A stretch of DNA of 64,000 nt from the NCBI GenBank assembly GCA_963702095.1, contig OY969706.1:1152001-1216000 (forward strand). The letters run 5' to 3'. The translations under genes and the position numbers were made by a program. Source of the stretch: Candidatus Bathyarchaeota archaeon (lineage in GTDB: Archaea > Thermoproteota > Bathyarchaeia > Bathyarchaeales > Bathycorpusculaceae). The notes beneath the pieces were generated by a model. That model did not search any database and was not told the DNA's origin. It was given only the letters and a program-made list of their open reading frames with translations. Position 1 is the stretch's first letter, and each line of letters opens with the position of its first letter. Positions 49,619-58,464 of the stretch are shown here, in pieces.

Positions 49619-49745
49619 CTTGTTGCAAGCTGCACAACCAGCCAGCAACCTAAACCAGACGCAGAACACAAAACACAAACCCTCACACAAGCCACTGGTT
49701 GTTGTTGTGTATAAGACGTCTCCAGCAACAACTACAAAATAAAAA
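49619..49745 (+). repeat. Dispersed intergenic repeat, GGTTGTTGTTGTGTATA subtype
   Basis: Colinear with 12097-12226 and 31154-31283. Confidence 0.7.
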
Positions 49746-49802
49746 ATTTTATCCACCGATAAATAGGGGAGGGGAGGTCAGCCGAGAGCAACAGCGTTCG
49801 TT

Positions 49803-52685
49803 TTACTCGACGTAGATTGCTGGTTGATACGGCATAGCCATTGCTGAGCGGTGTTTGGGGTCAAAGCGTTTCTCGTCGCATTCACTGTACACTGAGATTT
49901 GGGCGTTGAAGCGGTCTTTGAGGAACACTGCTGTAGAGTCGAGGATGGCTTTTTCGTTGACTTCGCCGATTTTGGTCATGTTGGCTTTGCGTTCGCCCGA
50001 AACTTTGGTGAGGGCTTTTATGATGCGGGGCACCATCGATGCGATGTCTTTCATATGCGGTTTCAACGCTGGATCGGAGGCGAATTCTTTCATAAGCTCG
50101 TTGATTTTGGCTTCTCCAGCAACGGTTTTAGCGACTACTTTTAGGTACACTTGCCATTTCCAATTTGCCGCCGTGTAGTAGACAATGCGGGTTGGGGCAA
50201 TCTTCATGGCTTTGAGGATGTTGTTGGTGTCTGTCATTGTGTCAGTGACGAGGTTTTCCTGTTCCTCAGCCCCAGCATCCACTTTAGCGGGATCAAAGAC
50301 GGGCCACTTCGCCACGCTGATAAAGCCTTCTTCGCCAGTTTGACTCCATAATTCCTCACACATGAACGGTGCAAACGGAGCAAGCATTTTAAGCCAGAGT
50401 TTAACGGCTTCACCCAATGTTTTAGCTTCTGTGTTGCCTTTGCGTTGGATATACCAGCGGAGATCATTCCAAGTTTCAAACAGCGCCGTCTGCAACGACG
50501 TACGCGTCTTAAGCTCGTCGAGGGCGGCGGTGACTTCTTTTACACACTGCTGCATCCTGCCCAAAAGCCAGCGTTCAAGCGCGGTGTCCTCTTCTTTTTT
50601 GGCGGATGCAATGATTGCACCTGCGAAACCCATCAGCGACTCAAATTTGGTTTTGAGGTCGCTAACGTTTTCCGCTCGCCAGTCAGGGTCATCCATGCCC
50701 TCTGCACCCAACAGCAATGCACAGCGGGTGGCGTCTGCACCGTATTTTTCGACGGCACCTTTCATGGTGATAAAGTTGCCTTTGCTTTTATGCATGCCTT
50801 GTCCTTCAACCATGAGCATGCCGTTTACGCCTATGGCTTTTGGCCAATGCTGCGGCGGAAACAGCGCAGCGTGGTGGAAGACGCAGAAACTAAGGTGGTT
50901 AGGCACCAACTCCTTTGCAGAGTTGCGTAGGTCAAAGGGGTACCAATAGAGGAATTCACTGCGCATGGCATCGAGCAACTCGCGGCTTAATCCGGTGGTT
51001 GTGCCCACTTCGTCTGGTTCGCCTTTGCCGTAGAATATGTAGTCGAATACTTCAGGGGTTAGTGATTCAGGTTTTATGTTGTGTTGCTTGATGTGTTTAT
51101 TTATGGTGTAGAACGCCATGTAGACGGTGCTGTCGCTTAGTGTCTCGATTATCCAGCCTTTGCCCCATGGCAGCGGCGTGCCGAAACCGGTGGTGCGGGC
51201 ACACGCCCATTCCCTTAGCCAGTCGATAACGGTGTTAAACCATGGCTTAGCCGAATCCGGGTAAACGGCTATGCACGCTATGGCTTGGTGGGCGAGTTCT
51301 TTCCATTTTGGGTCCGAGTAATCCAAGAACCACTGGTCTGAGAGGATTTTAACTATGCACTGGGTCATGCATCGGCAAACCACGGGTTCAGAGAGGTCAT
51401 ACATGCTGGTGGCGACGCCCATCTTTTTGAAGTCGGCGATGAGGATGTCTTTGGCTTCTCGTATGGATTTGCCTGCGTATGGACCACAGTTGGCTTTGAG
51501 GGTGCCGCCGTGGAACTCTTTTTTGTAGAGTTCTTTAGTGGCTACGTCGGCTTTAGAGTCGTTTTGGTCTTTTATGCCCATTTTCTCGACGATTTCAACC
51601 GCGGGGTACTCGCCGAAACCCTCGACTTTAATGATTGAGACGGGCTTAATCGCCTTAACCAACTCTGGGTCGACGCCGAACTGCGCCAATACCTCGGGTT
51701 TCTGCTGCAAATCACGCAGCGCCAAATAATCATAGGGTGCATGAGCGGGGACGCTGTAGACTACTCCGGTGGCGGTTTTGGAGTCCACAAACCAGCCTGG
51801 AAGGATTGGGAATTTGAGGTTGGTGACTGGGTTTGTGAAGGTTTTGCCGATGAGTTCTTTGCCTTTGAAGCTGCGTTTAACTTCGACTTTGCGTTCCTGT
51901 TCTTTGAGTTTCTCCGCGGCTTCTTGACTGATTATCCAGGATTCGCCGTTAACGTCTGCTTTGACGTAGACGGCATCGGGGTTAATCCACATGTTAGTGA
52001 TGCCGTAGACGGTTTCGGGGCGGAAAGTCGCCGCTGGCAAAAAAGTCTTCTCATCTAACTTGTACTTGATTAGGGTGTACTCTTCGGGGGTGACGCCTTC
52101 GCCGATTTGCCGGTCATGATCGCCCGTGGGAGACTGGTCTTTTGGGCACCAAACCACCGGGTGCGTGCCGCGGGTCACATAGCCTTTTTCTTTGAGGTTC
52201 TTGTACTGCCACTCCACAAACTTCTGGAAAGTCGGCATTACCGTTGTGAATTCCCTTCGCCAATCAACCGAAAAACCCACGCTCTTAACCGCTAAGCGGC
52301 CCTCGTTAGTGTAGTATTGAGCCATGTAGTAGGGGTCGACAAACTTTTTTAGTTCAGCATCTGGAACGCCGTCGACTTCGCGGAGCACTCTTATGTATGC
52401 TTCATCGCCGCGTGCCACACGTTGCGATGCACCAAGCAATGGTTGCCCAGTCCAGTGCCAACTCCAAGGCCAAAGCACATTGTAGCCCTGCATGCGTTTG
52501 AAGCGGGCATAGGCGTCGACGCGGCTGGCGGTGAAGGTGTGCCCAACATGTAGAGGACCATTCATGTATGGGAATGGAAAGGTAACCATTTTTTTCTCGC
52601 GTTTGAAGTCGGGGTCGGCTTCAAAGAGATGCGCTTCTTCCCATCGCTTTTGCCATTTCTGTTCAAGTTGCTTGGTTTGGCTCAT
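49803..52685 (-). CDS. leuS: Leucine-tRNA ligase (archaeal type)
   Basis: PYMNGPLHVGH (HIGH), GMHKSKGN (KMSKS variant), CP1 editing domain. Confidence 0.96.
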   Translation of the reverse strand: MSQTKQLEQKWQKRWEEAHLFEADPDFKREKKMVTFPFPYMNGPLHVGHTFTASRVDAYARFKRMQGYNVLWPWSWHWTGQPLLGASQRVARGDEAYIRVLREVDGVPDAELKKFVDPYYMAQYYTNEGRLAVKSVGFSVDWRREFTTVMPTFQKFVEWQYKNLKEKGYVTRGTHPVVWCPKDQSPTGDHDRQIGEGVTPEEYTLIKYKLDEKTFLPAATFRPETVYGITNMWINPDAVYVKADVNGESWIISQEAAEKLKEQERKVEVKRSFKGKELIGKTFTNPVTNLKFPILPGWFVDSKTATGVVYSVPAHAPYDYLALRDLQQKPEVLAQFGVDPELVKAIKPVSIIKVEGFGEYPAVEIVEKMGIKDQNDSKADVATKELYKKEFHGGTLKANCGPYAGKSIREAKDILIADFKKMGVATSMYDLSEPVVCRCMTQCIVKILSDQWFLDYSDPKWKELAHQAIACIAVYPDSAKPWFNTVIDWLREWACARTTGFGTPLPWGKGWIIETLSDSTVYMAFYTINKHIKQHNIKPESLTPEVFDYIFYGKGEPDEVGTTTGLSRELLDAMRSEFLYWYPFDLRNSAKELVPNHLSFCVFHHAALFPPQHWPKAIGVNGMLMVEGQGMHKSKGNFITMKGAVEKYGADATRCALLLGAEGMDDPDWRAENVSDLKTKFESLMGFAGAIIASAKKEEDTALERWLLGRMQQCVKEVTAALDELKTRTSLQTALFETWNDLRWYIQRKGNTEAKTLGEAVKLWLKMLAPFAPFMCEELWSQTGEEGFISVAKWPVFDPAKVDAGAEEQENLVTDTMTDTNNILKAMKIAPTRIVYYTAANWKWQVYLKVVAKTVAGEAKINELMKEFASDPALKPHMKDIASMVPRIIKALTKVSGERKANMTKIGEVNEKAILDSTAVFLKDRFNAQISVYSECDEKRFDPKHRSAMAMPYQPAIYVE

Positions 52686-52800
52686 GAATCCCTCTGATTA
52701 AGGCTTGGATTATTAAGAGTTTTGCTTCCTAGAAAAAACGGTTTAATGGATAGAGTATCTTACGCAAGAAAGAAATATAGCTTATTGGTAAGCTCAATGC

Positions 52801-53835
52801 ATGAGCGCCAATTCGGTTAACCTCGATGTTTTTCAAGATATTATCGAGCAGCATGGTAGAGCTATTATGCAGAGGGCGGTTGAGCAAATCCTGGATTCTA
52901 ATTACGATGCAGGGGCCGTTTCTTCAGCTGTTAAGTACCACGTAAAGTTTCTACCCCATGTTTTACCGCTTGTCCCAGCTTTGATGGCTCTCTCATGCGA
53001 AGCTGTAGGCGGAAAAAAAGAGGCGCCTGTAGGCATCGGAGCCGCTTTGACGCTTCTTGTTGAAGCCGCAAACATCCACGATGACATAATCGACCAAACA
53101 GTGATTAAACATAAGAGACGGACAGTTTTTGGCAAATTCGGAACCGGCGTCACCCTTTTGGCAGGAGACTTCTTGCTTTTTCAGGCTTCCCAGTCCCTAT
53201 ACCAAGAATGCAACACCTTGCCAAACGAGCAGAAAAATTTGATTCTTGATTTGACCTTCAAATCGCTGGCTAAGATCAGTAAATCTGCTGCAAAAGAAAT
53301 CAAGATGCAAAAACGGTTTGATGTGTCACCGAAGGATTATTTAGAAATTGTTCGACTCAGAGCCTCTGTTCCCGAAGCACACTGTATGATTGGCGGAATT
53401 TTAGGGGATGGCACCGAAAGTATGGTTGCCAGTCTGGGAGTATATGGAAGAAATTACGGTGTCGTGGGAACGGTGATTGACGAATTTATGGATCTCTACG
53501 ATTATACAAAATTCAGTAATAGGCTCAGAGATGAGGTGGTTCCTCTGCCGGTTTTATGTGCCCTTGAAGACTCAAAGATTAAAGGTGAAATTTTGCCGTT
53601 GCTTGAGGCGTTTGGAGTAAATCCCTCAAGTCACAACAGTATCGTCCGTGCGGTATTGGCTTCGGATAAAGTTAAGCAGCTTCAAAAAGATCTCTCTGCG
53701 CTGCCTATAAAAAGTAACCTAGCACTTCGGGAATTTATTAGAGAAAATAATGCTCGAGGGAATCTCCTTACCATCCAAATGGTGGTACAAGACTTCCTCT
53801 GCAATATAGGTGAATTTACCAGCCTAACGATCTAA
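52801..53835 (+). CDS. Degenerate polyprenyl-synthase-fold protein (ComQ-like candidate peptide prenyltransferase)
   Basis: First Asp-rich motif HDDIID intact, GDFLL; second motif IDEFMD; lacks GGKRxRP, GQxxD and KT motifs. Confidence 0.8.
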   Translation: MSANSVNLDVFQDIIEQHGRAIMQRAVEQILDSNYDAGAVSSAVKYHVKFLPHVLPLVPALMALSCEAVGGKKEAPVGIGAALTLLVEAANIHDDIIDQTVIKHKRRTVFGKFGTGVTLLAGDFLLFQASQSLYQECNTLPNEQKNLILDLTFKSLAKISKSAAKEIKMQKRFDVSPKDYLEIVRLRASVPEAHCMIGGILGDGTESMVASLGVYGRNYGVVGTVIDEFMDLYDYTKFSNRLRDEVVPLPVLCALEDSKIKGEILPLLEAFGVNPSSHNSIVRAVLASDKVKQLQKDLSALPIKSNLALREFIRENNARGNLLTIQMVVQDFLCNIGEFTSLTI

Positions 53836-53854
53836 TAATTTTTTGTGCTTTCAT
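53816..53854 (-). CDS. 12-aa peptide MKAQKIIRSLGW, candidate prenylated-peptide precursor
   Basis: ATG AAA GCA CAA AAA ATT ATT AGA TCG TTA GGC TGG TAA; RBS GAAGGAG 9 nt upstream; C-terminal Trp. Confidence 0.65.
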   Translation of the reverse strand: MKAQKIIRSLGW

Positions 53855-53874
53855 TTTTTATTACTCCTTCATTT

Positions 53875-53935
53875 GTATTTTTGTACAACAGTATTTGTGT
53901 ACAACAGATAAAAAGCAAGTTAGCCTTAAAAGCTT
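53875..53935 (-). promoter_or_regulatory. Promoter of the peptide gene with tandem 16-bp repeats
   Basis: gtatttttgtacaaca / gtatttgtgtacaaca at 53875-53906; minus-strand AAAGCTTTTAAG BRE/TATA-like box at ~53925-53936. Confidence 0.5.
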
Positions 53936-54011
53936 TGTTGTCCTTACCAAGAATTCAGTTTCTGAATGCTTAATATACTTAAGCCAGTTCCCCTGAAGTA
54001 GCCTTTAGATA

Positions 54012-55349
54012 ATGATGCATATAGATGCAGTAAACCATTTACTCGGTAAAGACAAGAAAGCGATCGTCATAAACATAGTTCTGATAGCGAACGCTTTTAT
54101 CTGGTATTCATATGCATTCAAATATCTCACAGGCAGCATCAATGCCATAAACTTGAACGATCCTTTTCTAACAATAATCAGCATCCACTTCATAGCGCTA
54201 TTTATTGCTCTAATACTAGGCGAACTTATCAGCCGCAAAATCGAGGACCACCTCAAACTTCTAATCATATGGATGGGGATTGGTGCTTTGCTGTCGCTAG
54301 TACCTCTAATCACTGGCCAAACCGGCACAGGGCTAATACTATTTGGACTCATAGCCGGCTTCAACTTTGGCTTCGGACTGCCCATATGCTTAGGCTATTT
54401 TGCTTCCACAACCGAATCCAGCAACCGCGGTAAGCTCGGCGGAATCATATACCTCCTAATCGGTATCGGGGCATTCATAATCAGTATAGGTGGCACCGAG
54501 AGCGTGTTTGTTGTATCGTTTATTCTCGCAGGTTGGAAAGCTATTGGTTTGTTCTTTGCGGCACTTTTAAGACCTGCAGAGAATAAAGCCCGCCCCGAAA
54601 AAAATCTGTCATATCAAAAAATAATTTCAAACAAAGTTTTTCTTTTATACTTCTTTCCGTGGGTACTATTCGTTTTGGTTAATAGTTTATCCATTCCTAT
54701 TATCGAACATTTTGGAAGTACCTTCCCAGCGGAACTTGTCCAAACTTCAACCAGTGTTGAATATGTGCTCTCAGGAGTTTTTGCTGTGCTCTTTGGCTTC
54801 TTTGCTGACTCCAAAGGTCGGAAACGTTTAACTGTTGCAGGATTTGCCTTGTTGGGGTTAGGCTACGCTGTTTTAGGTTTCTCCTCAGGAGACATATTAG
54901 CCTGGTGGTTTTACACAGTCGTCGATGGCGTCGCGTGGGGCTGCTTTGTAATGGTATTTATTTTCGCTTTATGGGGTGACATAGGGGAAGGTCAAAAGAG
55001 CGAAAAAATCTATGCTATCGGACTTGTACCTTATCTATTAACCTCCTTCATCAGATTTTCAATCGGCGACACTTTGGCAAGTTATGTTAATGCTCAAGGT
55101 TTAGCAACGATCTTTTCGTTTTTCAGCTTCTTTTTGTTCATAGCTGTATTGCCCCTTGTATTTGCTCCTGAGACAATGCCTGAGCAAACTATCAGAAATA
55201 ATGACCTAAAAAGCTACATTGAAAAAGCAAATAAACAAAAGGTGAAAGTTCAGAAGAAACAGGAAGGGCAAACCGAGGAAACTCAGGAAGTTGCAGAAGA
55301 GGCGGAAGAGTACAAGAAAGCAAAAGAATTGGCGGAAAAATACTATTAA
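54012..55349 (+). CDS. MFS-fold membrane protein
   Basis: About 12 TM segments, G.FADSKGRK motif, charged C-terminal tail. Confidence 0.8.
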   Translation: MMHIDAVNHLLGKDKKAIVINIVLIANAFIWYSYAFKYLTGSINAINLNDPFLTIISIHFIALFIALILGELISRKIEDHLKLLIIWMGIGALLSLVPLITGQTGTGLILFGLIAGFNFGFGLPICLGYFASTTESSNRGKLGGIIYLLIGIGAFIISIGGTESVFVVSFILAGWKAIGLFFAALLRPAENKARPEKNLSYQKIISNKVFLLYFFPWVLFVLVNSLSIPIIEHFGSTFPAELVQTSTSVEYVLSGVFAVLFGFFADSKGRKRLTVAGFALLGLGYAVLGFSSGDILAWWFYTVVDGVAWGCFVMVFIFALWGDIGEGQKSEKIYAIGLVPYLLTSFIRFSIGDTLASYVNAQGLATIFSFFSFFLFIAVLPLVFAPETMPEQTIRNNDLKSYIEKANKQKVKVQKKQEGQTEETQEVAEEAEEYKKAKELAEKYY

Positions 55350-55379
55350 GCCGTGGACTTGGTTTGCTTAATACCACTT

Positions 55380-55720
55380 TCCGTTCAGCCTCAAACCTGT
55401 TCACCGCTAACTCAAATAAAAAGGCTTTTGATTTCAGGTTCTGTTAACTCTTCCCCAAGGTCAGCGCGGATCGCTCGTAGCAGAACTGATTTTCCGCTGC
55501 CGCTATCCCCTGTAATATAGACGACGTCTTTGGGACCGATTTTGAGCTCTGCATCTAGCACCTTGAATTTCTGAGTCTCATCAATACCCAAGCCGAACGC
55601 TTAAGCTACAACAAGACTTCTTGGCGTGGGCTTTGTGTGCGTTTCATAACTGATGTAAAATGTAAATTTTTCTTCAGTTCGATCGTAAATTCGGGATAGT
55701 TTCTTTATGTGAAAGATTTC
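55380..55720 (-). pseudogene. Truncated ABC-type P-loop ATPase remnant
   Basis: Hand translation ..VVA*AFGLGIDE..YITGDSGSGKSVLLR; stop at 55601-55603; frame ends shortly after Walker A. Confidence 0.7.
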
Positions 55721-55911
55721 TTTTCGATCGCTGCAAGATCTTCGATGCAAGGGTTATCTAGTGAGATGACAGTGCTAAGCCCTAAAAATGGTCCTGCGGA
55801 TAAACAACAGCTAAATGAACGATATGCAGCTTGGCTCCCTTTATGCCATATTCATCAGTTAGAGCTTAAATACAGGTTGCATGCAAATAGCAAGCAAGGG
55901 AGTGACAGAAT

Positions 55912-57471
55912 TTGAAAAAGCGTATGCTAATAGCTCTTACTGCTGTTGTTATAATTGTTTTTTCACTCATTACTCCAATTCAAGCTTCAATCGGGTGGCG
56001 TAGAACTTATCAGGGTGGCTCAATGGATGTGTTGACGCCTCTTTCTGTTGTTCAAACAACTGATGGTGGATATGCTACTGCAGTTTTTGGTTATATTCGC
56101 CAAGAGAATGAACAAGGTCTACAAAGCTCATATGAACTACAAATTTTAAAAACAGATTCAAACGGTGCAGTGCAGTGGAAGAAAAGTTATCCAACAGTTG
56201 AAGACCCAAACCATTTGAGCCAAATAATAAACACTTATTCAGATCAGTACGTGATTGTTCAAACCGCAGATCAAGGCTATGTAATAGCTGGGAGTGGAGG
56301 ACAATTCTGGTTATTTAAAGTAAACGCCCAAGGAACAGTTGTCTGGAGCAACGTCTACCAGTTGGCTGACGAATCATACATCAACAGCTATCTCTATTCA
56401 ATGATCCAAACTAGTGATGGTGGCTTCGCCTTAGCAGGATCTACTTATACAGACATGGGCGGCAAAGACTTCTGGCTAGTTAAAACCAACTCACTTGGTT
56501 TAGCCCAATGGAATCATACTTACAACAGCGGTTCATACACTGATGTATCTGGAGCAACCTATCCTTGTGAAGACGAGGCATTATGCGTAATTCAAACAAG
56601 TGACGGAGGATACGCACTAGTTGGTAGCAATTCACTCTACCGAGCAAGCACTTCATCGGTAGTCTATGCCTCATGGATGATTAAAACTGATGCCCAAGGA
56701 AATCAAGTGTGGAACCACGGCTACGACTTGTTAAACGAATATGGCTACAAACGCATTATTATCCAGACAAGCGATAATGGATATGCTGTTGCCGGTACAC
56801 AAAATGGCGATTTCTGCTTATTTAAAATCTCTGGAACCGGTCAAACTCAATGGAGCGAAATCTATGGAGATCAACAAACAGATACGCCTTGCGCGCTTGT
56901 CCAGCTTGAAGATAACGGGTACGCTATTGCCGGAACGTGGACACCGCCTAATATGACCGCAACCAGACCAACTATGGGGCTTCTGCGAACTGATTCAGCG
57001 GGTCAAGAACTTTGGCTAAAGACATTTAGTGCAAAAGAAACCGAAAGTGCCTTCAGCTATGATCAAGCAAACGATATGATACGAACAAGCGATGGAAGCT
57101 ACGCAATAGTGGGATCAACAACCTTTGGAACGGAAACTCACCAAGACGTCTTTTTTATTAAAACTGAAACGTTAGAACAAATCCCACAAATCACACCTTT
57201 GCCTACCCCATTGACAGATGATGGTAACTCTACACAATCGCCAGATCAAACATCCCAACCCTCATCTAACCCAACCCAGCCGAGCCCAACTCAAAATTCA
57301 CACTCTACGATTAACCCAGACGATGGCTCCTCACACAATATACTGCAAATCGATAATCCACAAAACATTCTAATCGTCGTCGGAGTCGCCTTAGTTATCG
57401 CTTTAGTGAGTATATCGGTTGTAGTACTGATAAGGAGAAGGAAATCACCAAAAATTCCACCACCTCCTTGA
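55912..57471 (+). CDS. Secreted beta-propeller repeat protein with PT linker and TM anchor
   Basis: Repeated IQTSDGGYALAG / WLVKTD..G..QW. Confidence 0.8.
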   Translation: MKKRMLIALTAVVIIVFSLITPIQASIGWRRTYQGGSMDVLTPLSVVQTTDGGYATAVFGYIRQENEQGLQSSYELQILKTDSNGAVQWKKSYPTVEDPNHLSQIINTYSDQYVIVQTADQGYVIAGSGGQFWLFKVNAQGTVVWSNVYQLADESYINSYLYSMIQTSDGGFALAGSTYTDMGGKDFWLVKTNSLGLAQWNHTYNSGSYTDVSGATYPCEDEALCVIQTSDGGYALVGSNSLYRASTSSVVYASWMIKTDAQGNQVWNHGYDLLNEYGYKRIIIQTSDNGYAVAGTQNGDFCLFKISGTGQTQWSEIYGDQQTDTPCALVQLEDNGYAIAGTWTPPNMTATRPTMGLLRTDSAGQELWLKTFSAKETESAFSYDQANDMIRTSDGSYAIVGSTTFGTETHQDVFFIKTETLEQIPQITPLPTPLTDDGNSTQSPDQTSQPSSNPTQPSPTQNSHSTINPDDGSSHNILQIDNPQNILIVVGVALVIALVSISVVVLIRRRKSPKIPPPP

Positions 57472-57551
57472 GAACAGGGGAAAATCTGGGTTAAAGAGGC
57501 GCCGTAGCTTCTTACCTTGTTTGGGAAGCGTAATTTCAGTCAAGCTTTTAA

Positions 57552-58424
57552 ATGAATTCATACACACAGAAGATAGAGGTAACTCGGTTGAAAAATCGCT
57601 ACGCTCTATTCTTGCTGTTTCTGGTCTGTGGTGTTAGCTTACCTTCTCTTTCAGGTTTGCTAATCTATCCCTTTGCGCTGATTCCTTCCGAATTAGTCCT
57701 TGCTTATTTCATCTCACTTGCGCTGCTATTCTTAGCTCTTGCAATGCTTTTTCGTACTCGTCAATCCCTCAATAGCTATTGGCAAATTCTATTTGCCTTC
57801 TTCGTTGCTTCCTTGGCATTGTTTTTCGACTTACTATTCAACCTTACTTCCCAGACGCTAAACGGCTTCCTGCTAGACATGTTACTGAGCGCCTCAATAA
57901 TAGTAAGCGTCATTGTCCTATTGACAAAGTTAAGTGGGAACTCTCTTGGCGACATTTTTCTAAAAAAAGGAAAACTCAAATTAGGTCTAACCGTTGGATT
58001 CATAGGCTTTTTCATCTTCGCAATAACAGCTATTCCAGTAGCCCAGTATATGTTTCAAGGACAAAACTTAACCTTGGATAGAGTAATTGCCTGGTTACCT
58101 TGGATAATCCCTATAGTACTGTTAAATGGAGTCCGAGAAGAACTACTCTACAGAGGACTCTTCTTAAAAAAATACGAAGTAAAGCTTGGACCAAAAGCCT
58201 CCAACCTGCTGCAAGCAATAATTTTCTCATTAAGTCACTCCATGGCCGGAGTAGGGCTAAGTACATATACCCCTTTCATTTGGGCGCTTGTTCTCTTTAC
58301 TTTCGCTCTGGGACTGGCTTGGGGATATCTCATGCAACGCACCGATAGTATAGTGGGATCGGTTTTGTTCCATGCCGGAACTGATATTCCGGTTTTCATA
58401 GGAATATTCTCCAACCTCTTTTAG
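57552..58424 (+). CDS. CPBP (Abi/CAAX protease type II) intramembrane protease
   Basis: EELLYRG, FSLSH, SVLFH. Confidence 0.88.
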   Translation: MNSYTQKIEVTRLKNRYALFLLFLVCGVSLPSLSGLLIYPFALIPSELVLAYFISLALLFLALAMLFRTRQSLNSYWQILFAFFVASLALFFDLLFNLTSQTLNGFLLDMLLSASIIVSVIVLLTKLSGNSLGDIFLKKGKLKLGLTVGFIGFFIFAITAIPVAQYMFQGQNLTLDRVIAWLPWIIPIVLLNGVREELLYRGLFLKKYEVKLGPKASNLLQAIIFSLSHSMAGVGLSTYTPFIWALVLFTFALGLAWGYLMQRTDSIVGSVLFHAGTDIPVFIGIFSNLF

Positions 58425-58464
58425 ATAAAGAGGAACCCCCAGTCATTTCTTTAAAATCGTTGAG

